Shown: positions 18,510 to 27,695, counted from the first letter of the stretch. The stretch: DNA of 44,333 nt from Candidatus Methanoxibalbensis ujae (GCA_026134085.1 JAOQIN010000010.1:1-44333); one strand, 5' to 3'. Translations and numbers: made by a program. Notes: generated by a model from the letters alone, not told the origin.

Positions 18510-19682
18510 ATGCGTGTGATTTTCTACACAGGAAAAGGAGGTTCTGGGAAGTCTGTGCTTTCATGTGCCACGGCGCTCCGTCTTTCTGAGAGAGGATATG
18601 ACACACTTCTCATGTCTTCAGACCCCGCGCACACGATTTCAGATGCTTTTGAGTGCAGCGTTGGCAGCACACCTACGAGGATAAAAACGAATTTGAGTGC
18701 TGTTCAGGTTGATGCGTTCAGAGAGGTTCGTGACAGATACGGCGTCATTCAGTCTTATGTGGTATCTGTGTTCAGATCACGCGGAATTGACGAAATTCTT
18801 GCATATGAACTTGCATCAATGCCCAACATGACTGAATTTGCCGCCATGCTTAAGATTGTTGATTTCTCAGACGAATATGATGCGATCGTTCTTGATACTG
18901 TTCCATCGGGAGAGATGCTGAAGAACATATATCTGCCATCGCTGATTGGCAATTTCGCGCCCAAGCTGCTCAGGCTCATCGTTCCATTCGCAAATATCGC
19001 CAAGATTGCGGAGCCGGTCATGGGTATTCCCGCACCGAGCAGGGAGGTGATAAAGGAGGATATAAAGCTGATAGAGGTTATGAAAGAGCTCAGAGATATA
19101 TTGATGGACAGAGAGGTAACAAGTCTGAGGCTTGTTGCAAACCCCGAATCCTTCAGCTTGCAGAATTTGAAGCGCACATATATGCTTGCAAACATTTACA
19201 ACATAAATGTTGACCTTGCTATAATCAACAAAATCCTTCCAGATAGTGTCAGGGATCCGTATTTTGATAAATGGAAATCTGATCAGCACAGATATCTCAA
19301 GGAGGCTGAAAGAACATTTTACCCGCTTCCGATAAGAAAGGTGAGATTGTATCCATCGGAGGTCAAGGGGATAAAACTGCTTTCGGAAGTTGCTTATGAG
19401 CTGTTCGGCGACGAAGATCCGGCGAAGATATTTTTTAAGGGCAGGGGGATAAGCGTGAATAAGACTGAAAGTGGAATTGAGATTGTTGTTCCGATGCCTT
19501 TCGTGAGCAGGGACATTTGCGAGGTGGAACGCACCGGCAGCGAACTGTCTATAATAGCACACACAGATATAGGAGAAATCAGAAATTTTCTCCCTCTGCC
19601 CACAGCAGCATGCATGATGCGGCTTGAGCGCGCAAAAATGATAGACAGCGAACTTCATATTTATTTTGTGAGGGAGGAGTAA
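18510..19682 (+). CDS. ArsA/Get3 family ATPase with C-terminal HSP20-like domain (Get3d-type)
   Basis: MRVIFYTGKGGSGKS, SSDPAHT, LDTVPSGE and DPYFDKWKSDQ (no CxxC), plus an ~80-aa beta-rich C-terminal extension. Confidence 0.85.
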   Translation: MRVIFYTGKGGSGKSVLSCATALRLSERGYDTLLMSSDPAHTISDAFECSVGSTPTRIKTNLSAVQVDAFREVRDRYGVIQSYVVSVFRSRGIDEILAYELASMPNMTEFAAMLKIVDFSDEYDAIVLDTVPSGEMLKNIYLPSLIGNFAPKLLRLIVPFANIAKIAEPVMGIPAPSREVIKEDIKLIEVMKELRDILMDREVTSLRLVANPESFSLQNLKRTYMLANIYNINVDLAIINKILPDSVRDPYFDKWKSDQHRYLKEAERTFYPLPIRKVRLYPSEVKGIKLLSEVAYELFGDEDPAKIFFKGRGISVNKTESGIEIVVPMPFVSRDICEVERTGSELSIIAHTDIGEIRNFLPLPTAACMMRLERAKMIDSELHIYFVREE

Positions 19683-19698
19683 AAGCTGAGGAAGGTGA

Positions 19699-19974
19699 AT
19701 GAGGATGAGGGAGCATGATGATGAGGTGTTTGTGGAGATCCTGGGATCACTCATCGGATTGAGTATATTGCCTCTGAAGGTGAGTGCCTGTGTTGTTTCT
19801 GATGTCGCAAAAGCAGTGGAGAAGGCAATTCCTGAGCCGGATGAAATAAAAGCAGGCATATGCGCAGCAGAGTTGAACGCGCTGAGGGCTTTGAGAGATA
19901 TGATAGATCGCAGAATAGAGGAAATTGAAAAGAGCGCATCTGAGGAGAGAAGGGAAAAGGTGAAGGTGGAGTAA
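19699..19974 (+). CDS. Small hypothetical protein, probable ArsA/Get3 partner
   Basis: 16 nt after the ATPase stop, SD-like AGGTGA; hydrophobic N-terminal segment and amphipathic C-terminal helix ELNALRALRDMIDRRIEEIE...KVKVE. Confidence 0.75.
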   Translation: MRMREHDDEVFVEILGSLIGLSILPLKVSACVVSDVAKAVEKAIPEPDEIKAGICAAELNALRALRDMIDRRIEEIEKSASEERREKVKVE

Positions 19975-20257
19975 GCGATGAGGACCGGGCTCACCGTATC
20001 TGAGCTCCGAGCTCCGGTAAGGCTGACAATCTCCAGAGCCGGAGGCTGTTGAATATAATATTCATCACTCAGGTTGCTGAGTGAAGTGCGTGTTGAGATG
20101 TTAGACTGAGAGCGCTGGCTGTGGTGACTCAGGTCAGTCAGGTCAGATAGTCTGCTTGGACATTATATATTATGAAATTATGAAGGAGGGATGAGGGACG
20201 GGGGCGGGGTCCCCTTGAGATCTCAGGTTGGTGATGGAAACGGGAAGGTGATAAGAC

Positions 20258-20554
20258 ATGGCGCGTCATCACGGTCCTCGCAAGAAGACAAGGCGGAAAT
20301 TCAGGAAGAGAGTGCGTGAGAGAGGTCTTTCACCGATAAGCAGAGTTATCCAGCATTTTGAGATTGGCGAAAGTGTGCATATATGTATAGACCCGAGCGT
20401 CCATAAGGGCATGCCCAATCGCAGATTTCACGGCAGAACGGGAAAGGTGATCGGAAAGAGAGGTCGTGCGTATATCGTTGAGATATACGATGGCAAGAAG
20501 CGGAAGGAGCTCTTCGTGCGGTCTGAACACCTCAGACCACAGCAGACGATCTGA
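20258..20554 (+). CDS. rpl21e: 50S ribosomal protein L21e
   Basis: [27 protein letters not shown] and EHLRP. Confidence 0.97.
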   Translation: MARHHGPRKKTRRKFRKRVRERGLSPISRVIQHFEIGESVHICIDPSVHKGMPNRRFHGRTGKVIGKRGRAYIVEIYDGKKRKELFVRSEHLRPQQTI

Positions 20555-20627
20555 AAGGCTGAAAGCGCGGTGGGATGCAGATATTGATTGGAGAGCGAGA
20601 AGAGGCGAGAAAAAGAAAAGAATAAGA

Positions 20628-20795
20628 TCATTTCAGCCGCTTCAGCTTTGTTGTTCGCCAGTGTCTTCGCTTTGGATGCGTGGTCACCTTGCGATTCGTC
20701 CTGACGATGACCCATGCAGGCACTCGCCTGTTCTGCTTCGCGGCTTTGCACAGCCGCAGTTTCATACCTTTCGTGTTCTTACCGACCGCCATCAT
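20628..20795 (-). CDS. rpl39e: 50S ribosomal protein L39e (absent from the ORF track, 55 aa)
   Basis: Manual translation: [55 protein letters not shown], carrying the QNRRVPAWV and KRRHWR signatures. Confidence 0.95.
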   Translation of the reverse strand: MMAVGKNTKGMKLRLCKAAKQNRRVPAWVIVRTNRKVTTHPKRRHWRTTKLKRLK

Positions 20796-20826
20796 GCTTT
20801 TATGAGGTTCTCCCCTCTTTTATAAC

Positions 20827-21189
20827 ATGAAGCTGGGTGTGACATCGCATTTCAACGCCGCGCACATGTTGCCGAGGCATACGGGAAAATGCAAAAATAT
20901 GCACGGTCATACATACAAGGTTGAAATTGTTGTTGAGGGCTATAAAAACAATGAGACCCAGTGTATCGCAGATTTTTCGGAAGTTAAGGAATTGCTTGAT
21001 GAGGTCATTGATATGCTTGACCACAAACTTCTTAATGATGTTTTGTCATATCCCACAAGTGAGAACATAGCTGAGTTCATATGGAATGAGCTGGATACAA
21101 GAGTGAGGAGGTTGGGTGTCAAACTGTATGCTGTCAAGGTGTGGGAGGGAGAGGGGAAGTGGGTTATGATTGAAGGAAATGAGTTATGA
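20827..21189 (+). CDS. queD: 6-carboxy-5,6,7,8-tetrahydropterin synthase
   Basis: FNAAH, CKNMHGHTY, LDHKLLN and PTSENIA. Confidence 0.93.
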   Translation: MKLGVTSHFNAAHMLPRHTGKCKNMHGHTYKVEIVVEGYKNNETQCIADFSEVKELLDEVIDMLDHKLLNDVLSYPTSENIAEFIWNELDTRVRRLGVKLYAVKVWEGEGKWVMIEGNEL

Positions 21190-21244
21190 TTGAATAAGCG
21201 TTGTTTCTCTGGAGAAATTGTTGTTGGGATGGTTGTGGTTTGAG

Positions 21245-22090
21245 ATGGAGATGGGGAGGGAGATTCTTGAGATATTGCGTGAGCGCCGCATAATTTTGAA
21301 GCGTGGGGAAGGTCAGCGATTTCTGATTGATGAGCGAGTTGCTGAGCGGATGTTGGAATATGCTGCGGTGAGTGGGGAGGATGTTGTGCTTGAGATAGGT
21401 GCTGGCATTGGAAACCTCACGAAAAGGTTAGAAGAGCGCGCTGCAAAAGTGTATGCGGTTGAGAAGGACAAGAGGCTTTGCGAGATACTGCGTGAACGAT
21501 GCAAGAACGCTGAGATTATAGAGGGAGATGTTTTGAGAGTTGATCTTCCTCCATTCAACAAGGTTATCGCCAACCTGCCTTTTCATTTATCATCGCCTAT
21601 AACGCTGAACTTGCTTCTTTTTCACGATTTTGATATTGCTGTTCTCACTTATCAGCGTGAATTTGCTGAGAAAATGGTGGCTTCGCCTGATATGCGTGTC
21701 GGAAAGAAGAAGATATATGGGAGATTGTCCGTGATTGTGCAGACGCTCTCTGATGTTGAGATTCTTGAAATCGTGCCGAGAAGTGTTTTCTTCCCGCAGC
21801 CATCTGTTGATGCTGCAATTGTCAGATTGAAACCGAAGGATGTTCCTGAACTTCCCACAATCGCGGAGAAATCATATTTCTGCAGCGTTGTCGGTATGGC
21901 ATTCTCCCGCAGGAGAAGAAAATTGAAGAACATCCCTGCATTCAAACATGTGTTCTTCGGTGAGAAGCAGGAGAGTGCGAAAATGGACGAGGATGATAAA
22001 TGGCTGCGCTCAATCGCCGATCTGCGGCCTGATGCCCTCAAACCCTCTGATTTCGTGAGGTTGAGCGTGGCAATGATGCGCCGCCGTTGA
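21245..22090 (+). CDS. rsmA: 16S rRNA adenine dimethyltransferase
   Basis: GQRFLID, LEIGAGIGNLT, ANLPF, YGRLSV and FFPQPSVD. Confidence 0.95.
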   Translation: MEMGREILEILRERRIILKRGEGQRFLIDERVAERMLEYAAVSGEDVVLEIGAGIGNLTKRLEERAAKVYAVEKDKRLCEILRERCKNAEIIEGDVLRVDLPPFNKVIANLPFHLSSPITLNLLLFHDFDIAVLTYQREFAEKMVASPDMRVGKKKIYGRLSVIVQTLSDVEILEIVPRSVFFPQPSVDAAIVRLKPKDVPELPTIAEKSYFCSVVGMAFSRRRRKLKNIPAFKHVFFGEKQESAKMDEDDKWLRSIADLRPDALKPSDFVRLSVAMMRRR

Positions 22091-22209
22091 AGCCGCGTTC
22101 AGTTTTGCTTTAAGCGTGCGCATCACATTTGATCTATGCAGGGTTTCAGCTTTAATGTTTTTCGGACAGCGCATACACATCGCAGCCCTGGGAGATTGAA
22201 AAGAAAAAG

Positions 22210-22324
22210 TCCCGCCTCCCGGATTTGAACCGGGGACATCGCGGTTTCTGCATGAGTGCGCGGACGCCTTCACCGCGTCATTCACACTACAGCCGCGCAC
22301 TCTTCCAGACTGAGTTAAGGCGGG
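22210..22324 (-). tRNA. tRNA-Tyr(GTA) with 41-nt intron at 37/38 (22246-22286)
   Basis: Acceptor CCCGCCT/AGGCGGG-A; anticodon arm CGCGG-CTGTAG^A-CCGCG; BHB helix CTGT/GCAG. Confidence 0.95.
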
Positions 22325-22408
22325 TCCACTATTGATAGGCAGCTCATCATAAAAATATATTTGCAAGCACCGCCTCGCTGCGGCGGACGGGGAGGAGGAA
22401 ATGCGTCA

Positions 22409-22479
22409 TGCGTCGACCGGGATTCGAACCCGGGCTGTGGGCTTGGAAGGCCCAAGTCATACCGCTAGACCATCGACGC
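22409..22479 (-). tRNA. tRNA-Gly(TCC)
   Basis: Acceptor GCGTCGA/TCGACGC-A; anticodon arm TGGGC-CTTCCAA-GCCCA. Confidence 0.97.
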
Positions 22480-22515
22480 CATTAATTTGGTTGTGTGGAT
22501 GAGTTAAAAATTCTT

Positions 22516-22568
22516 ATCCTCGCAATCCTCACAATCCTCGCAATCCTCTCAATCCTCACAATCCTCGC
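22516..22568. repeat. 9-bp tandem repeat ATCCTCNCA x6
   Basis: ATCCTCGCA, ACA, GCA, TCA, ACA variants, then ATCCTCGC; just upstream of the tRNA-Gly promoter. Confidence 0.92.
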
Positions 22569-22644
22569 TTGCGCCCGCATCACTGACCGCGGCACCCCTC
22601 ATGCTTTTGAGCTCGGTTGCCATTATGACTTTTGTCAATGACCT

Positions 22645-22686
22645 CCGCCGCATGTCAATACTTCACCGCCGCATGTCAATACTTCA
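22645..22686. repeat. 21-bp tandem duplication spanning the thermosome stop
   Basis: CCGCCGCATGTCAATACTTCA x2, exact. Confidence 0.95.
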
Positions 22687-24466
22687 ACCTGCCGCGCTTT
22701 ATTTTTCTGTGTGCGCGCAGTTTTGCTCTCCGCTCCTTCATTATCCACTCCTTCGTCCTGCCGGCGATTTTGGCCTCAATATCCTCCGCTTCCTTCTCAA
22801 CCTCACTCTTCGCGATATGGAGGTCCTCTATTCTTATCATCTGAATTGCGCCTTCAGTCGCTGCTATGAAAGCCTGCTCCTTGACGACGAGTGGATCAAC
22901 TATTCCCCTCTCAAAAACATCATCCACGATCTCCCCCTCAACTGCCGATATTCCGGCGTATTTCTTTCCTGATGCATGTGCTGCCCGAAGTGCTGTGATC
23001 GTGTCGATCATATCCATGCCGCAGTTCTTCGCGATCGCATTTGGTATGCTCTCAAGCGCATCTGCAAACGCCTCTATGGCGAACTGCTCCTTGCGCGGAA
23101 TGCTCCTCGCATATTTTCTCAGCCTGACAGCGCATTCAACTTCAACCGCACCACCTCCCGGAATCACCCTGGGATCCTCAACACATCTCGCAACAGCATT
23201 CAGCGCACTCCTCACCTCCCCCACAATACCCTCAAGCACTCTATTGGATACCCCTCTTATGAGTATTGCACACGCCTTCTTGTGCGGACAATCCTCAAAA
23301 AAAACATATTTCACACCGCTCAAATCTCGTTGAACAACTTTTCCAGCATATCCCAGCTTATCCTCACTCAATTCATCAGATTTCTTCACTATTTTTGCAC
23401 CAGTAGCGCGCTCCAATCTCTGTAAATCTGTGAATTTCACTCGCTTCATCGCCATTATGCCGTTATCTCTGAAGAGATCAATCGCTTCATCATCAATGCC
23501 CCAACGACAGCACACAACATTCGCACCAGATGCGATTATCGGCTTTATCATGTCCTCAAAAAGCTCTCTGCGCTTTTCGTAGAACGCTTTTATGGCATTC
23601 GGATCTCTTATCTTCAGAGTGAATCCGAGCGCACCGAGTGTCTCGCCTGCTTTGCTGCGTTTCCTCACGAACTCCTCCTTAGGCGCTTTTCTCCCTGTTG
23701 TCCTCTCGGGCTCCCAGTGCTCAATGGGGAAATCAAGCAGTGCGATCCTCGCATTCTCCATCTCAGTGGGAAGGTCATCAAGCACTTCCCTGTCTATGAG
23801 AACGCCATCAAGAAGCCGCGTCTCCTTAACCGCACCGCCCGACTTGGCCTCTATAAGCACATCATCCACATCTATCAGCAGTTCCTCGCCAGCGCCATCA
23901 GCACCATTGCCACAACTGTCGCTTATACGCTTTATCGCTTCGACAACAACCTCAGCAAGCGCGTCCTCAGACCAGTAATCGCTCTTCTTAAGTGCGGTTC
24001 TCGCCACATCCCTCAGAATTCTGTTCTCTCTTATTTCGCTGAATTCAATGCATATATCATCAAGGACATCAAGAACATGATCAAGCGCCATGTTATATCC
24101 GCGTGAAATTGTGTTCTGATGGACGCCCATCGCACGCAGCTCAAATCCATTTCGCACAAGCTCGCCGAGGAGCACCATCATTGTGGCCACGCCGTCACCT
24201 ATGTCGTCGCCGAGTGAAATGCCTGCCGAGATCAGAATGTCAGCAGTTGGATGGTCGTATCTCAATTCCTTCAAAATCGTATATCCGCTGCTTGAGACGA
24301 GGTCAACAACCTCCTCCTTCGTCATATCTCTCGTCAGCATTTTCTTTGAGGCTATCGGCCCGATTATAGACCTGAACATATCAGAGAAAGCCTCACACAC
24401 TATCTTGTTGGCCCACTGAATCTCCTCAGGCGGCACATCACCAGGTGGTAACACATCTTCTATCAT
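22676..24466 (-). CDS. Divergent group II chaperonin (thermosome-like) subunit
   Basis: GYTILKE..HP, IGDG, GANVV, GIDD, ILIRG, PGGGAVE, FADALESIP and GIVDPLVVK. ATP-site motifs are degenerate. Confidence 0.9.
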   Translation of the reverse strand: MIEDVLPPGDVPPEEIQWANKIVCEAFSDMFRSIIGPIASKKMLTRDMTKEEVVDLVSSSGYTILKELRYDHPTADILISAGISLGDDIGDGVATMMVLLGELVRNGFELRAMGVHQNTISRGYNMALDHVLDVLDDICIEFSEIRENRILRDVARTALKKSDYWSEDALAEVVVEAIKRISDSCGNGADGAGEELLIDVDDVLIEAKSGGAVKETRLLDGVLIDREVLDDLPTEMENARIALLDFPIEHWEPERTTGRKAPKEEFVRKRSKAGETLGALGFTLKIRDPNAIKAFYEKRRELFEDMIKPIIASGANVVCCRWGIDDEAIDLFRDNGIMAMKRVKFTDLQRLERATGAKIVKKSDELSEDKLGYAGKVVQRDLSGVKYVFFEDCPHKKACAILIRGVSNRVLEGIVGEVRSALNAVARCVEDPRVIPGGGAVEVECAVRLRKYARSIPRKEQFAIEAFADALESIPNAIAKNCGMDMIDTITALRAAHASGKKYAGISAVEGEIVDDVFERGIVDPLVVKEQAFIAATEGAIQMIRIEDLHIAKSEVEKEAEDIEAKIAGRTKEWIMKERRAKLRAHRKIKRGRLKY

Positions 24467-24548
24467 ATCTTCATCCCCCTCCTTCCATCTCCTTTCTTCC
24501 CGCTTCCTTTGTGCTGCAGAACGGCAGCTGCAACGCGCAACGCTGCCT

Positions 24549-25343
24549 TCACCTCAAATAAATTTTTCTTATCCTGTGCGCCTCTTCAACTGCGATATCA
24601 ATCATGCGTTCAAAAGTGTTCTCGCTCAGAACGCCCCTTCCGCTTTTCTGTATGCAGGATATGTCGCCGTCTTCTGTTGAAGTCACGATAAGTCTTGCAT
24701 CAGCCGCACTTTCCTCAAACATGTTTGGATCAACGAGAATATTGCCATCGATCTCAACTGTTGTGACAGCAACGGGCGTGTATTTGACCATCAGATTATC
24801 AACCTTCGGATTCACCTCACGCGGCGAGAATCCATGTCTCTCATAGGGGATTCTTGTGTTCATGAGCGCTGCAATAGCGCCGAGGGCAGATGCGTCAACG
24901 AGGTTTCCGTCGTCATCAAGCACATGGATGTCTATGAAGATCATCCAGACCTTTTCTCCCTCCTCTATGCACAGCGATTCCACATCCAGTGCATGCGAAC
25001 CTCTTATCCCCCTGTCAACAATCCTCGCAAGCTCAACGCTGTTCTCATCAGGCGGTCCTGGCTCAAATTCAGGCGATGCGAGGGGGACAAACTCCGCATT
25101 CGTGATGATGACACCTTCATTCGGAATGTCTGGAAAGGGCTCTCCAATCTCCATCTTAACACCGACGAGAACCTGAGTGTTCCCTATTTTCACCCTCGCA
25201 GACCCCTCTGCTCTCTTCACAACACCCTTCTCAACGATTATCTCACGATATTCCAGGAATCTTCTGCCGTCCATACGCTTCCCGCTTCTTATGAGATCGC
25301 AGACATAGTCACGACGCATCTCCTCAGCAATGTCGCTCCCCAT
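24549..25343 (-). CDS. rrp42: Exosome complex component Rrp42
   Basis: RMDGR, AEGSARVKIG, FEPGPPDE and DIHVLDDDGN; operon position. Confidence 0.96.
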   Translation of the reverse strand: MGSDIAEEMRRDYVCDLIRSGKRMDGRRFLEYREIIVEKGVVKRAEGSARVKIGNTQVLVGVKMEIGEPFPDIPNEGVIITNAEFVPLASPEFEPGPPDENSVELARIVDRGIRGSHALDVESLCIEEGEKVWMIFIDIHVLDDDGNLVDASALGAIAALMNTRIPYERHGFSPREVNPKVDNLMVKYTPVAVTTVEIDGNILVDPNMFEESAADARLIVTSTEDGDISCIQKSGRGVLSENTFERMIDIAVEEAHRIRKIYLR

Positions 25344-25363
25344 TTGTATCACCTCACAGTCAC

Positions 25364-25399
25364 AGCACACACATCATTCAAAGCACACACATCATTCAA
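25364..25399. repeat. 18-bp tandem duplication spanning the rrp41 stop
   Basis: AGCACACACATCATTCAA x2, exact. Confidence 0.95.
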
Positions 25400-26117
25400 T
25401 CTCCTCACTGTATTTGCTTATCAAAGCCTCACGCTGCATCTGATATATTTTCCTGCAGGCGTTTTTTGCGATTTCAAGTCCTTTTTGTATCTCTTCTCTC
25501 GTCATTTTTCCATCCATCTGTATCATTGTTATTGTGTTTGTCTTCGCTATCATTGCAACTGGCATATCTGCGTCGCCGTAATTGTCCTCAATTGCGTTTA
25601 AATCGAGAACGATCTCTCCATCCACCTTTCCAACGGCTATCGCAGACACGAGACCCCTCATGGGAATTCCCGCGTCAGCGAGCGCCACGGAAGCTGCATT
25701 TATGCCCGCAGTTCTTGTTCCAGCATCAGACTGCAGCACCTCCACGAATATATCAATCGTGGTTCTCGGATAGAACTCGGTCATTATCACAGGTTCAAGT
25801 GCCTCCCTGCTCACCTTTGATATCTCAATGCTCCTCCTGTCAGGTCCGGGACGCTTGCGCTCATCAACAGAAAAAGGCGCCATGTTGTATCTGTATTGTA
25901 TTATAGCCCTCTTCGCATCCTGATAATGACGGGGATGCAGCTCCCTCGGACCATAAACTGCTGCAATCACCTTGTTGTCTCCAAGCTCAAAATAACATGA
26001 GCCATCCGCTCTCTTAAGAACGCCGACCTCTATCCTTATGGGGCGCATCTCATCAAATGCCCTTCCATCCACACGCCTCCCATCCTTTATGAGAGGCTGT
26101 TCCACTTTCCTCTTCAT
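25392..26117 (-). CDS. rrp41: Exosome complex exonuclease Rrp41
   Basis: RVDGR, YGPRE, YNMAPFS, PDRRSIEIS, DAGTR and ADMPVA. Confidence 0.97.
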   Translation of the reverse strand: MKRKVEQPLIKDGRRVDGRAFDEMRPIRIEVGVLKRADGSCYFELGDNKVIAAVYGPRELHPRHYQDAKRAIIQYRYNMAPFSVDERKRPGPDRRSIEISKVSREALEPVIMTEFYPRTTIDIFVEVLQSDAGTRTAGINAASVALADAGIPMRGLVSAIAVGKVDGEIVLDLNAIEDNYGDADMPVAMIAKTNTITMIQMDGKMTREEIQKGLEIAKNACRKIYQMQREALISKYSEEIE

Positions 26118-26139
26118 CCCTCATCACACCCACGCCAGC

Positions 26140-26217
26140 TCCGACACACCCGACACTCCAGACAACCAGCAACTCCAGCAGCACCAGCAACTCCAGCAAC
26201 CCACAACCACAACACAC
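26140..26217. repeat. CA-rich degenerate tandem repeats (CCGACAC, CCAGCAACT)
   Basis: Repeated 9-mers between rrp4 and rrp41. Confidence 0.75.
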
Positions 26218-26227
26218 GCTCCCCGTT

Positions 26228-26953
26228 TCATTCATTTCCGCCCTCCCCTTCGTTTTCTGCTGTTGCGGAAGATGTTGTGAGGATTTTGCGCTTCCGCTGT
26301 TTGATGAGAGCATCAAGCATCGCCGCAACTCTGTCTGTGAGACCGGATGTGTGCGCCTCATTCGCTATCATGAGAATAGCCTCAGAAACCACATTCACAG
26401 CGTTCTCATCTCCTTTTATCCATATCCTTCCATTTTTCGCTATGAATATAAAACATCCACTCCTCTCCTTAAGCAGTTTTATCATTGAACCATGCCTTCC
26501 TATAATGCGAGGTATTTTTGTATGAGGTATTTCAATTATTCTGTCTCCTCTCTTTATGCGAAATTCCTTCATCAATGTCAGCTCAATCCTCATTGAAACA
26601 TCAATATTCCTGACCTTGGCCACTATCACATCGCCAAGATTTAGATATTCGTTCATTTTGCCAAACTCTATTCGTTCATCATCTGACACCTCAAGCACAT
26701 GCAGAAGCGCCTTGTAGGGGGAGGCAATTTCAACTATCCAGAAGGGAAACGATATGTCAATGATGCTGCCTATGACAACATCGCCACGACGGGGCACATA
26801 TTTTCCTTTGAAAGGAACCACCTTTATCTCATCCTTCTCGTCAAGAACTCCATATCTCTGCGCATAAACACAGTTGCTGAAAATATATGTTCCCTCTCCC
26901 GCTCTTTTAACATCTTTTGAAATAAAATCTCCCGGAACAACAATTCTATACAT
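26228..26953 (-). CDS. rrp4: Exosome RNA-binding protein Rrp4
   Basis: IVVPGD, YVPRRGDVVIG, KH motif IIGRHGSM, NGRIW and EAHTSGLTD. Confidence 0.95.
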   Translation of the reverse strand: MYRIVVPGDFISKDVKRAGEGTYIFSNCVYAQRYGVLDEKDEIKVVPFKGKYVPRRGDVVIGSIIDISFPFWIVEIASPYKALLHVLEVSDDERIEFGKMNEYLNLGDVIVAKVRNIDVSMRIELTLMKEFRIKRGDRIIEIPHTKIPRIIGRHGSMIKLLKERSGCFIFIAKNGRIWIKGDENAVNVVSEAILMIANEAHTSGLTDRVAAMLDALIKQRKRKILTTSSATAENEGEGGNE

Positions 26954-26966
26954 GGAAATCCCTCCT

Positions 26967-27695
26967 CTATTTCAATATCCTGGTCTCAACTTCTCCCCTT
27001 GTTATCTCATTCAGTAATGCAAAAAGCTCATCTTTCATCCCGGCAGGCACACGGAGAATCGCGATAAAAGAGCCATCAGGCTGCCATTCCTCCTTTATAA
27101 TCTCATAATTCCTCTTTATCTCGTATATCCTTCCCGTGTATGCAGCGGGAATCTTCACCGCAATCTCATTCGTGTGAACTTTTATGGGCAATATGGGCCT
27201 GAGCGCATTTATCGCATCCTTAACGAGTGCGTCAATGCTCTTCATCGCATCTATGTGAAACTTGGCCTCCTTCAACGCGATCTCAATTCTCGTGGGAGGA
27301 TGGGGAGTGTTCGTCTGGGGATTAACGCATATGCGTGATATGCGATCTATCACCGCCCTTCTTTTTTCCTCAGTGATCCTCCTGCGCTGTTCAGTCGTGA
27401 GTTGAATCTCTCCCTCCTTCAATATGCGAAGAGCTATCTCCCTCACATCTGTCGTCCCGAAGACCGCTCTGAGATCATCCTCTCTGGCTCTCTCGCCTTT
27501 TGATGCGTCTTCAAATATCTCCTCAACCGCCAGAATCTCGCTTATCTCACCTATCTCTCCAGTCCCAGATTCCGCATTCTTTCCTCTTCTTCCTCTGACT
27601 CTGACATTCTCCGCGCCATAGGGGTCAACAAGAACCTCAAAAACCTTCTTTCCCTTCCTGAACCTCGCAACAACAGCATCCTCAAGCCTCACCAT
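26967..27695 (-). CDS. Ribosome maturation factor SBDS/Sdo1
   Basis: FEVLVDP, GEIQLTTEQRR and NPQTNTPHPPTRIE. Confidence 0.96.
   Translation of the reverse strand: MVRLEDAVVARFRKGKKVFEVLVDPYGAENVRVRGRRGKNAESGTGEIGEISEILAVEEIFEDASKGERAREDDLRAVFGTTDVREIALRILKEGEIQLTTEQRRRITEEKRRAVIDRISRICVNPQTNTPHPPTRIEIALKEAKFHIDAMKSIDALVKDAINALRPILPIKVHTNEIAVKIPAAYTGRIYEIKRNYEIIKEEWQPDGSFIAILRVPAGMKDELFALLNEITRGEVETRILK

Noticed and set aside
18510..19682. Arsenite-efflux ArsA
   Set aside because: Single ATPase domain with HSP20-like tail and no ars operon genes nearby.
18867..19994. 375-aa antisense ORF (and other long shadow ORFs such as 14554-15357, 24834-25601, 29109-29918)
   Set aside because: They lie antisense to well-supported genes, have no motifs and show typical shadow-frame composition.
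19974..20030. C/D box sRNA (GCGATGA...CTGA...CTGA)
   Set aside because: Imperfect C box, no credible C' box, atypical guide spacing and no target identified.
22010..22366. 118-aa minus-strand ORF
   Set aside because: It is a translation of the tRNA-Tyr locus.
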